Shown piece after piece: positions 1-10,783 of a stretch of DNA of 64,000 bases (the stretch's first letter is position 1; every line of letters starts with the position of its first letter). The notes beneath the pieces were generated by a model. The model was not told the origin of the DNA, did not search any database, and saw only the letters and a program-made list of their open reading frames with translations. This stretch comes from Chiloscyllium plagiosum (Eukaryota): contig NC_057719.1 of assembly GCF_004010195.1 (NCBI RefSeq), positions 61,023,365 to 61,087,364 on the forward strand, written 5' to 3'. The position numbers and the translations under genes were made by a program.

Positions 1-2750
1 AGTGAGAGGGACTGAAAGGGGTTTCTGCGGCAACAGGCGGTATTTGAGGATGATGTGTTGCTTTCCTGGTGTCAGGTTCCAGGACGTCACCCACAGAGTG
101 CAGGGAATCCTCAAGGGCAAAGGCGAAGAGCCAGAGGTGGTGGTGCATGTCGGCACAAATGACGTCGGGAAGAAGAGGCGGGACATTTACAGCGGGACCT
201 CAGAGAATGCGGAAGAAGGCTGAAAAGCAGGACTTCCAGGGAGGTTATCTCCAGTTTCCTTCCAGTTTCTCGGGCTGGAGAGGGCAGGTACAGGAAGATA
301 ATGGACTTGAATGTGTGGCTGAGGAACTGGTGCAGGAAGCAAGGATTTAAATTCTTGGATCACTAGGGTATGTTTTGCGGTAAGGATAAATTATACAAGA
401 AGGAGGGGTTGCACCTTAATAGGTGGGGGACCAGCATTCTGGCAGGCAGGTTTGCCACTGTAACACAGGTGTGTTTAAACTAAGAAATGGGCGGAGGGCA
501 CAATCTGGAAATTTAAGAAGCAAGTTAAAGGGAAAGTGAGAATAAGAGAAGTTAAGAAAGACGACAGAATCAATGGAGCAGAAAACTCAAGATCATACAG
601 TATGGTCAAGTGAAATAGGGATTGACAGAAAGGGTGAGGGGAGTAACAAATTAAAAATATTATATATGAATGCACAAAACATAAGAAATAAGGTGGATGA
701 GCTTGAGGCTCAGTTGGAAATTGGCAGGTATGATGTTGTGGGGATAACTGAGACGTGGCTTCAAGTGGACAGGGCCTGGGAAATGAATATTCAAGGCTAC
801 ACGTGCTAACGAAAGGACAGACTGACGGCCAGAGGGGGTGGGGTGGCCTTATTGGTGAGGAATGATATTCAGTACCTTGCAAGGGGGGACAGAGAATCAG
901 GAGATTTGGAGTCAGTATGGATAGAGCTGAGAAATGCTAAGGGTAGAAAGGCCCTAATGGGAGTTATCTACAGGCCCCAAACAGTCATCTGGATGTAGGA
1001 TATAAGTTGAATAAGGAGTTGAAATTGGCCTGTCGAAAAGGTATTACTACAGTTGTTATCGGGGATTTCAACATGTAGGTAGATTGGGAGAATCGGGATA
1101 GTACTGGACCTCAAGAAAGGGAGTTTGTGGACTGCCTCCGAGATAGAACAGCTTGTACTGGAGCCTACCAGGGAGAAGGCAATTCTGGATCTGGTGTTGT
1201 GCAACAAACCGGATTTGATCAGGGACCTCAAAGTAAAGGAGCCATTAGGAGGTAGTGACCATAATAAGTTTTAATCTGTAATTTGAGAGGGAGAAGGGAG
1301 AATCTGAAGTGTGAGTATTGCAGTTGAACAGAGGGAACTATGGAGCAATGAGGGAGGAGCTGGCCAAAGTTCAATAGTTCAATACCCTAACAGGGATGGC
1401 ACTGGAACAACAATGGCAGGTATTTCGGGACATTATGCAGAAGGTGCAGGATCAGTTCATTGCAAAGAGGAAGAAAGATCCTAAGGGGAGGCGGGGTGGC
1501 TGTGGCTGGCGAGGGAAGTTAAGGACTGTATAAAGATAAAAGTATAATATAGCAAAGAGGAGCGGGAAACATTTAAAGAGGAGGATAACTAAAAAGGAAA
1601 TAGGTGGAGAAAAAATGTAGTACGAAGGCAAACTGGCCAAAAATATAAAGGAGGATAGTAAAAGCTTTTAATGTATATGAAAAGAAGAAAATGGTTAAGA
1701 TTAAAATTAGGCACTTGAAGGCAGAGTGGGGAAGAAGGAAATGGCAGAAGAGTTGAATAGGTACTTTTGATCTGTCTTCACTGGGGAAGACACAAGCAAT
1801 CTCCCAGATGTAATAGTGGCTGAAGGACCTAGGGTAATGGATGAACTAAAGGAAACTTATATTAGGCAGCAAATATAGACCAGTTAGCCTGACGTCAGTG
1901 ATGGGAAAGATGCTGGAGTCAATTATAAAAGATGAAATTACGACTCATTTTGATAGCAGCAACAGGATAGGTCAGAGACAGCATGGATTTACGAAGGGTA
2001 AATCGTGCTTGACTAATCTTCTGGACTTTTTTGAGGATGTGACTATGAAGATGAACAAGGGAGAGCCAGTGGATGTAGTGTACCTGGACTTTCAGAAAGC
2101 CCTTGATAAAGTTCCATTTAGGAGATTAGTGAGCAAGGTTAGGGCACATGGTACTGGGGGCAAAATAATGACTTGGATTCAAAATTGGCTGGCTGACAGG
2201 AAGCAAAGAGTAGTAATAAACGGGCCACTTTCGAAATGGCAGGCAGTGACCAGTGGGGTACCACAAGGTTTAGTGCTGGGACTGCAGCTGTTTACAATAT
2301 ACAAAAATGATATAGATGAAGGTACTAAAAGTAATGTTAGCACATTTTCTGATGACACAAAACTGGGTGGCAGGGTGAAATGTGAGGAGAACGTTATGAG
2401 AATACAGGTTGACTTGGACAGGCTGGGTGAGTGGACGGATGCATGGCAGATGCAGTTTAATGTGGATAAATGTGTGGTTATCCATTTTGGTGGCGAGAAC
2501 AGGAAGGCAGATTATTATCTAAAAGGAGTCAAGTTAGGTAAAGGGGAAGTAAAATGAGATCTAGGTGTTTTTGTGCATAAATCAATGAAATTAAGCATGC
2601 AGGCACAGGAGGCAGTGAAGAAAACTAATGGCATGCTGGCCTTCATAACAAGAGGAATTGAGTGGAGGAGCAAAGAGGTCCTTCTGCAGCTGTACAGGGC
2701 CATGGTGAGACAGCACCTGGAGTATTGTGTGCAGTTTTGGTCTCCAAATT
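1..2750 (+). mobile_element. Decayed CR1-clade LINE (ORF1 esterase C-terminal part, ORF2 APE endonuclease + reverse transcriptase), 3' end lost
   Basis: ORF fragments EPEVVVHVGTNDVG (ORF1 SGNH-like), LKILYMNAQNIRNK...GITETWL (APE), QHGFTKGKSCLTNLLDFF...VYLDFQKALDKV...SGVPQGLVLG...FSDDTKL (RT), HLEYCVQFWSP. Many stops/frameshifts and an internal deletion near 1875. Confidence 0.93.
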
Positions 2751-2759
2751 TGCATCTAT

Positions 2760-5700
2760 TGTCTATTGTCAATTGAAGTGACAAGGGCAGCAGAATTAGC
2801 AGATGAATACATTTTGGTCGATAAGACAAGGCTCTGGCCAGAAATTTGTGAGGAACAGAAGTTGGGAGAAGAGGAGATCCTACACTATGAAAGAAAGAGT
2901 AGAGAACACTGGTAAGAGTTTATGACAGGTTAAAAAAGAAGCCCAAGAGGGTGGAAAGGAGGTGAAAGGCCTCAGGTGTTTTCACTGTAATGGAGTGGAC
3001 ACAAAAAATTACAGTGCCAGTGGTTTCAGAAAGGCACTGGGAAAAGGTTTTCACTGCGAGAAGGTGGGACATGTAAAGTCACAGTGCTGGTCATTAAAGA
3101 AAGGCATTGCGGTAAAAGAAGCTAAGCCAGTGGCATTAGTGAAAGTAGTAAAGGAACCCCAAGAAAAGCCAAGGAGCTGCAGGAGAGTGCACTGCCTAGG
3201 CAGGGGCTGGGTATGGAGTTAGTACCTGATTTCTATAAAAAATTCATCTCTGTAGGTAAAGTGTACTCAGAAAGAACAGGGGGAGAAGAGCAAGAAGTTA
3301 CAATTTTGAGAGATACAGGATCTAACCGGTCGCTGATAGTAAGAGACGAGCGAATGTGCACTCTTTCTGATCTGTTACCCGAGTGTGGTAATTTGTGTGA
3401 TAGATGAACAGATATTCAGCATTCCCCTGTGTAAGATCATATTGGAGTGCCAACTCAAGACTAGGGAAGTAACAGTGGGAGTGATTTACAGACTGTCAAT
3501 TCCAGGAATCCAGTTTTTTTTATTGGGAATGATTTAGCAGGGTCCAAGATGGGAATTCACCCCTTCTTCTTCTGGAGAAGTCCAAAGAAGACCAAGAAAC
3601 TGAGAGAATAAAACAGAAATATCCTGATATTTTGCCAGACTGTGTAGTAACAAAATCCCACTATCATAAGTCACAGCACGAAGCAAAATCCAAAGAGAAA
3701 GATGAAGGTGTTGAAGTTCAGTTCGTGAACATCCGGTTTGACATAATGGTGCAGGAAAAACCTGAACAGGCAAAGAGTCAGACAGAAGTGTTTAGCCCTG
3801 AAAGGCTAAGGAATTTGCAACAGAAAGACAAGACGATAAACAATATATATATGGATGCGTACTTGGAAAAGGAGGCAGAGGATATTCCTGAGGGTTATTA
3901 TCTGAAAGATAGAAACTTCAGACTGAAATGGAGACCACGGCAGGTTAGTGCAGAGGAGAAATGAGCCAGAGTGCACCAGATTGTGTTGCTGGTAGCATAC
4001 AGACAGAAAGTGCTCAGGTAGCACATAAACTACGTGTAACAACGTCATCTAGGGGTACAAAAGACTCAGGCTAAGGTATGAAATATCTTTATTGGCTTTG
4101 AATGCACAAGGATGTGGTTAGAGTTTACTAATGATAGGTAGGCCACAAGCAGTAATTAAACCAGCACCTTTGTTGTCAACTCCCACATTTGAAGAACCTT
4201 TCATATGAGTTATAAATGAATGTGTACGTCCACTTCATAGAACTAGAAGAGAGAAGGAACTGAAGAAACAGTTGTTATTTTCTGCCCTGCAGAGTGAGGA
4301 ATCAAATCCTGATGTTGTGGATTTTGATGTGCCTCAAAATATGCTAAAAAAAATGAATAAGTCCTGGTGGACTGTGATAGGTTAGTAAACTATCTGTCTC
4401 AGGAGCATAGAATGCAGTTGAAAAGTTTATTACCGCAGTATAAGAACATATGTAAGAATCAGATGGGGAGGACTAGTGCTATTGCATACGACGTAGACAT
4501 AGGGAACACTGCTCCGATAAAACAACAGCCCTATCAGCTTAATCCCTTCAAAGCAAGACAGGTCCAGAAGGAGGTGGAGACGATGGTCAACGAAGATATC
4601 ATCAAACTGAGCCAGAGCGAGTGGAGTTCACCGATTGTCTTAGTTCCCAAACCGGATGGGACTGAACAATTTTGCATGGATAATGAGAAGGTCAACGCCA
4701 TTACAAAATTGAATTCATATCCAACTCTGAGATTGGAAGACTGTATTGAGAAAGTTGGAGAAGCCAGTGACATCACCAAGTTGGACTTAGCATGTGTTTA
4801 CTGGTGGGTACCTTTATCAGAGACGGCAAAAGAAATTTCTGCATTTGTAACCCCAAATGGGCTACGTCAATTCAAAGTGATGCCCTTTGGAATGAAGAAC
4901 GCATCTGCCACATTCCGAAGACTCATGAACAGAATTGTGGTTGGGTTAACAAACTGTGCAGTCTATTTGGACGATGTAGTGACCTTTAGTAAGTCCTGCC
5001 TAGATCACATCATATAATTGGCAGAGCTCTTTGAATGACTACGAGAAGTAAAACTGGTGATAAACTTAAATAAAACTGAATTTGTGAAAGCAGAGGTGAA
5101 GTTCTTGGGATATAACATCAGCCATGGAACGTTGACCTCATGGAATGCAAGGACAATGACCATCGAGGAATTTCCACAACCAACCTCAAAGAAAGCATAC
5201 TTCAATTCTTGGGAATAAGTGGATTCTATTAGAAGATTGTTCCAAACTTCAGAAGTGTAGTGGCACCGTTAACCGATTTGCTGATGAACAATGCAAAGTT
5301 TTGGTGGACAGAACAATGCTCGGAGGCATTCGACCATTTGAAAGCAATATTAACCACCACACCAGTTTTAGCTGTACCAAACTTTCCAAATACTTTTAAA
5401 GTTGTCAACGATGCTAGTGACATAGGAGTCGGAGCTAGCAGGAGTGTAGTGCTACAGGAAGATGATGTTGGGATTGAATTGCCAGTTCGTTACTTTTTGA
5501 AGAAACTCAACATTCACCAGAGGAAATATTCCATGATCGCAAAATAAAATTATTACGTTTGGTACTGGCCTTACAACATTTTCATGTGTATGTCACGAAA
5601 AATGTGTTGGACATAGTTGTGTACACGGATCACAACCCTCTGACATTCTTGGAACACTTTAAAGACAAGAATATGAGACTGTTTCAGTGGAGTCCTATGT

Positions 5701-5951
5701 TACAGACTTTTAATTTACATATCGTATATGTTGCGGGTTATAAGAATATAATCACAGATGTCTTATCGCAGATTTAACTGATAAAGTATAAATAGGATGG
5801 TATCTGTTCAATGTTATATTTATGTGGGCAGAGGTTAAGATTAACTTAGATTAAAGTCATATCTATGTCATGATATTGCAGTTAAGGAATAGAAAAAAAC
5901 ATGAAGCTATCTTTTCACTATGATGGTTCATTTTTTTCTTAAGAGCGGGGA
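2760..5951 (+). mobile_element. Decayed Ty3/Gypsy LTR retrotransposon internal region, Gmr1-like domain order (gag-PR-IN-RT-RH)
   Basis: Gag RAAELADEY and CCHC knuckle (FHCEKVGHVKSQC), protease LRDTGS, integrase N-terminal remnants at ~3970-4240 (HLGVQKTQ..FYW; KPAPL..PTFEEPF), RT (WSSPIVLVPKPDG, VMPFGMKNA, YLDD), RNase H (DASDIGVGA, TDHNPL, ..TDVLS-stop), polypurine tract AAGAGCGGGG at 5941-5950. Confidence 0.88.
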
Positions 5952-6259
5952 TGTTATGAAGGTGTACAGGTGTACTGTACTTTTAAGAGATTTAAAAAGT
6001 TAGCAAGGACTGACAACGCACAGAGAGCTCTGAACAAGGTAACAATGTAACATTTGGTCAAAACAAATAGCAGCAGATGGGTTGCCATGAAACAAAAACA
6101 AATTCAACTTCAGCTAATCAGTTTAAATTATGACCCAAGATATCAAAATCCAATCAAATTTGAATTTAGTATTTTTATAATATTAAAACCAATGAAACAA
6201 TCCAATGTTTTGGGGTATAAAACAGAACATTTTGAACAGTTGGGGGACAACTGACAAAA

Positions 6260-6475
6260 GGAGAAAGTGAGGACTGCAGATGCTGGAGATCAGAGCTGGA
6301 AATGTGTTGCTGGAAAAGCACAGCAGGTCAGGCAGCATCCAAGGAGCAGGAGAATCGACGTTTCGGGCATGAGCCCTTCCTCACTTCCTGAAGAAGGGCT
6401 CATGCCCGAAACGTCGATTCTCCTGCTCCTTGAATGCTGCCTGACCTGCTGCGCTTTTCCAGCAACACATTTTCA
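6260..6475. mobile_element. Penelope-terminus-derived inverted-repeat (hairpin) insertion
   Basis: Inverted arms of about 80 bp. 15-bp TSD GGACAACTGACAAAA at 6245-6259 and 6476-6490. Same sequence forms the tail of the Penelope-like fragments ending at 7666 and ~38988. Confidence 0.88.
6388..6415 (+). ncRNA. Minimal type I hammerhead ribozyme motif in Penelope-like terminal repeat
   Basis: CTGAAGA-A-GGGC-TCAT-GCCC-GAAA-CGTC: core boxes CUGANGA and GAAA, stem II GGGC/GCCC, palindromic stem III ACGT, GUC cleavage triplet. Stem I is weak. Confidence 0.6.
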
Positions 6476-6879
6476 GGACAACTGACAAAAACCAACAAAT
6501 GTAGCCTGCTAGCTGAAGAGTTCTCTGAAAGGTACATGTCTGTGGGGAGTTTATACAGCAGATCATCAGGGCCAACCTGGAGAGAATCTACAAAGGAGAA
6601 TCGACAAAGTTGACTGGCTTTGAAACGCGATATTTTTTGTAAGTCTTAAATCGGGACTTTTTTTATCAGACCAGTATTGTAGAGAGGAAGGAGATAGGTT
6701 TAAAAGAAAGGAGTTGTAAATAGCTGTTGTTTTAATGTTCTCTCTTGGACTTAAGTAATAAAATTGTTAACTTTTACTTTAAGTAGTGACCTCTGGGATA
6801 GTTCTTTGCCTCTTGAATTTTAGCAGATTACAGCACGGAATGAATCTTTTGTGTGTGGCTGGTTTAAATTGGTAAAAGT

Positions 6880-7130
6880 ACCAGAGGCATAACTTTTTCA
6901 TGCAAAGGGTGGTGCACGTAGTGAACAAGCTGCGAGAGGAAGTAGTGGATGTGGATACAATTACAACATTTAAAAGCCATCTGGACAGGTACATGAATCG
7001 GAAGGGTTTAGAGGGATATGGGCCAGGTGCTGGCAGGTGGGACTAGATTGGGTTGGGATATCTGGTTGGCATGGATGAGTTGGACCGAAGGGGCTATTTC
7101 CATGCTGTACATCTCTATGACTCTATGACT
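6880..7130 (+). mobile_element. CR1 3' terminal fragment
   Basis: Same 3' end as 21670-22150 and 46628-46900 (reverse). Ends in (ATGACTCT)n-type tail. Confidence 0.85.
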
Positions 7131-7666
7131 ATTCCAGGGAACATCTCTGGGACACACGCACCAAACAACCCCAAACAACCACTTCAACTCCTCCTCCCAC
7201 TCCGCCAAGGACATGAAAGCCCTGGACCTCCTCCACCGCTAATTCCAAGCCACCCTCATCTTCCATCTTGGGACCCTTCAACTACACGGCATCAATGTCA
7301 ACATCACCAGTTTCTTACCTCCTCTCCCCTCACCTCATCCCAGATCCAATCCTCCAACTTGGCACGATCTGCCTGAACTGTCTAACCCATCCATCTTCCT
7401 TCCCTTCTATCCACTCCACCCTCCGTTCCGACTGACCACTATCACCCCACCGCCTGCATCTATCTACTGCATTCCCAGCTACCTTTCCCCAATCCTCCTC
7501 ATTCCCATTTATCTCTCAGCACCCTTTTCCCCCCACATTTCTGATGAAGGGTTTATGCCTGAAAGTTCGACTCTCCTGCTCCTCAGATGCTGCCTAACCT
7601 GCTATGCTTTTCCCGCTCCACACTTTTTGACTCTGATCTCCAGCATCTGCAGTCCTCACTTTCTCC
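7129..7666 (+). mobile_element. Penelope-like element 3' fragment (end of GIY-YIG ORF, pyrimidine-rich UTR, terminal repeat)
   Basis: Degenerate HFNS.SHS.KDM and LIFHLGTLQLHGINV coding remnants. Ends ...CAGCATCTGCAGTCCTCACTTTCTCC. CTGATGA-AGG...CCT-GAAA hammerhead-like motif at 7541-7568. Confidence 0.78.
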
Positions 7667-7781
7667 TTTAGAGACTGGTAGGCACAAAAGGATGCATCAA
7701 TACCCTGAATAAAGCATGATTTTTATCAGTTTCTGTTCGGTTTTGTAAGTTTCCTCTGTTCAGATGATTTGCTTTTGTTAC

Positions 7782-10700
7782 TGTTGTGATTGGAACCAAG
7801 TGGACCTTGTTGACTACAAGGTTCTTGATTGTGGTTGTTAATCTGGGCCAATCAGGAAATCCTTAGCTGACCAATACAGCCAGGAGATTAGAATCTCCTT
7901 CGAAGGAAAAAAATATATATAACCATAAGATTTAGAATCTCCTCAGTTCACGGGACTGACTCTGAGCTGGCTGGCCACACCCAGTGTACTATGGGAAAGA
8001 GTTCTCTGGACTCGGAGACATTGCCTTCCTTTTCTTCTTTTTTTTGTGTTCTTTTGTTTAAAATAAACAAAAGAAAACAAATATAACCAAGAGATCAGAT
8101 TTTCCGAATTCAGGGGACTGAGTCTGAGCTAAAAAAAATGCCTTATCAGCAGATTACAATCTCCTCAGAAAAATAATGTAACTAGGAGATTAGAATCTCC
8201 TCAGTTGAGGACTGACTCCGAGCTGGCTGGCTACAGCCAGGGTATTGTGCATGAGTAAGTAAAGGGTGACTTGGTGACAGGTCCTGGCCTCTGTGAAAAC
8301 ATGAAGAAAAATATAACCACGAGATTAGAATCTCCTACTTCAGGAGACAGAATCAGAGCTTTAAAAAAGGCATAACCTGGATATTAGAATCTCCTCAGTT
8401 GAGGACTCACTTCAAGCTGGCTAGCCACACAGCCAGTGTACTGCTGTTGGTTTCTGGTAACTGATTCCTGAACTGGCTGATCTACACAGTCAGTATGTTA
8501 CTGTTGTTTTGTAGTTCACACCAGGGAACTGTTGTTTCACTGTCGGGTTGCAGCCTGTGCATTAATCTCCTTGTTTTTTGAGCAAAGACAATGCTGACTC
8601 TGTGGCAGGGCTTAGACCTTGCACTCTGGTTTATATTATCTGCACTTTTTTGCATGTGTTTTCACTTTTTGGTGTGTGGGCTGAGCCCCTGTGATTCACC
8701 TGCACTTTTACAATGAACTATATCTTGTGAGTTGGCCTGGGCCTCTGTGCTTGTATCAGGCCTCTGTAGTGACTGAATACCTGTGTATGTGCTGTGGGGT
8801 GTGCATTTGCTGGCTTCAAAGAGTGGACTCTGCCTTTGGGTGTGGATTTCGTTTCTGGTCATGGATTCTGCATACTGCAATGGACACTGTTTTTGGTAAT
8901 GGACTCTGCTGATTTGCTGGTTGGTGTTATCACCTGCACTGTCTTGTTTGTCCCTGGGTCTGGCAGGCCTTACTGTGAGCCGGAAGGTTCATAATCATCC
9001 CAAAAGCTAGCTGTCACCCCAAGAGCTGGAGGGTAGGTAGGCCATCCCATGAACCTGTCCTGAGAGCCAGAAGATGGGTAGGCCACCCTGTATGCTGTCC
9101 TCCTGAGGAACGAGAGGGACAGGCTGTCCTAAGGGTGGCCGGAGGGAGTGTCGGGGTGGACCGAGAGCCAGAAGGTGATTAGGGGTGGTCCAAGGGCCGG
9201 AAGGTGTGAGCGCCAAAGGAGGTGTAGAGATCAGGTGTTCTAGAGGTAGCCAGAAGGTGTGTCGGGGCAGTCCATAGGCTGTGTCGAGATGAGCAAGAAC
9301 CAAATGATGCATAGGAGTGGACTGAGAACCGGAAGATGGGTAGGCAGTCCTCAGTGCAGTCGTCCCGGGTTGTGGGGGGTTGGGGTGGAGGGGAGATGGG
9401 ACAGGCTGTCCTTGAGGTGGATGGAAGGTGTGTCATGGCAGACCGAGAGCTGGAAGGTGGGTAGGCAGTCCTTAGTGCTTTCATGTCCCCGGACGGACGA
9501 GGGAGGGAAGGGAATGGGATGGGACAGGCTGCTTTTAAGGTGGCCGGTAGGTGTGTCAAGGCAGACCAAGAGCCTGAAGAGGCATGGAGTGGACTGACAG
9601 CTGGAAGGGGCATGGGGTGGGCTATCTTGTGGCCGGAAGTTGAGGTGGCCGGGTGGGTTTGCTGGGTTGTCAGGGGTGTTTGTGTTATATGCACTGTGTT
9701 ATTGTTCAATTGATCAAACTGTTTTCTAAGTGTTTGTGTCTACTGTTTCCTTTTTTGATAAGATAAGGTGGGATTTGGGGTTTGTCCACATTTCCCTATG
9801 AACTGGTTGTACAGTGGCGTTTGGGGGTTTGGCCTTGCTGCCACTTTCCCCTGTAAATTGCTGTTTCTTGTAAACTGCTGCTTATTGGTCATTGCTGATT
9901 GTTTGTTTGTATTTTGTACAGTTTGAGAAAGAAAAATATAGTCAGGAGACTTAGAATCTCCTCAGTTTAAGGGACTGACTCTGAGCTGGCTGGCTATGGG
10001 AAAACGTTCCCTGGACTAAGAGACATTGTCTTCCTCTTCTTCTTTGCTTTTGTGTTTTTTGTTAAAAAAAGAAAACAAATATAACCAGGAGATTAGAATC
10101 TCCTAGTTGAAGGGACTGACTCCAAGCTAACAATAAGTGTTACCAGGAGATTAGAATTTCCTCAGAAAAATAAACATAATCAGGAGTTTAGTGTCTCCTC
10201 ATTTGAGGACTGACTCTGAACCAGCTGGCTACAGTCAGGGTACTGAGCACTAGTAATTAAAGGATGACTGGTGACAGGATCTGGCCTCTGTGAAAAAAAG
10301 AAGAAAAATATAACCAGGAGATTAGAATCTCCTCAGTTGAGGACTGACTCTGAGCTGGCTGGCCGCAGCCAGTGTGTTACTGATTTTTTTTTGGTAACTG
10401 ATTCCTGAACTGGTTGATCTATACAACCTATATGTTACTGTTGTATGTTTTGAGACCTGATTCTGAACTGCTGGTTACACAGGCAGTTTGTTCCTGTTGT
10501 TTTTTAATAACTGATTCCTGAACTGACTGACCTACACAACCAGTGTGATACTGTTATTCTTTTTTGAGGACTGATTTCTGAGCTGGCTGATCTACACAGC
10601 CAGTGTATATAAAAAAAGAAAATATATATATATTAGATTAGATTAGATTACTTTAGATTAGATTAGATTAGAATCTCCTCAGTTGAGGAGTGACTCCAAG

Positions 10701-10783
10701 CTAGCTGGCCACAGCCAATGTACTGTGCCCAGTACATAAAGGGTGACTTGGTGACAGAAAACAGCCTCTGTGCAGTTATTTCA
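7782..10783 (+). mobile_element. Composite expanded solo-LTR-like element (copy 1), non-coding
   Basis: TG...CA termini, 5-bp TSD GTTAC (7777-7781 and 10784-10788). About 13 copies of the GGAGATTAGAATCTCC core, most preceded by an A-rich tract. Ends resemble the LTR at 60109-60332. Confidence 0.85.

Larger units (their letters stand above)
5952..6870 (+). repeat. 3' LTR of the upstream Gypsy element (right end truncated or interrupted)
   Basis: Begins TGTTATG immediately after the polypurine tract. Contains CCAAT and TATAAA (~6216) and AATAAA (~6758). Terminal CA not identified. Confidence 0.65.

Noticed and set aside
7880..8440. CRISPR-like array (palindromic repeat with intervening sequences)
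   Set aside because: Spacing is irregular, repeats are degenerate and variably truncated, the intervening parts are A tracts or other repeats, there are no cas genes, and the context is a vertebrate intron.
9007..9713. Protein-coding ORFs (up to 176 aa) in the GC-rich payload
   Set aside because: Low-complexity products of tandem repeats, with no domain motifs and frames not preserved in the other payload copies.
7925..10330. Ordinary two-LTR non-autonomous element (TRIM/LARD)
   Set aside because: The duplicated blocks lack their own TG/CA ends, and I found no PBS or PPT next to them. The true 5' and 3' LTR termini each occur only once.
10631..10672. Telomere-like repeat
   Set aside because: The unit is (TTAGA)n, not TTAGGG. 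It is a local expansion of GATTA in the core or a LINE tail remnant.
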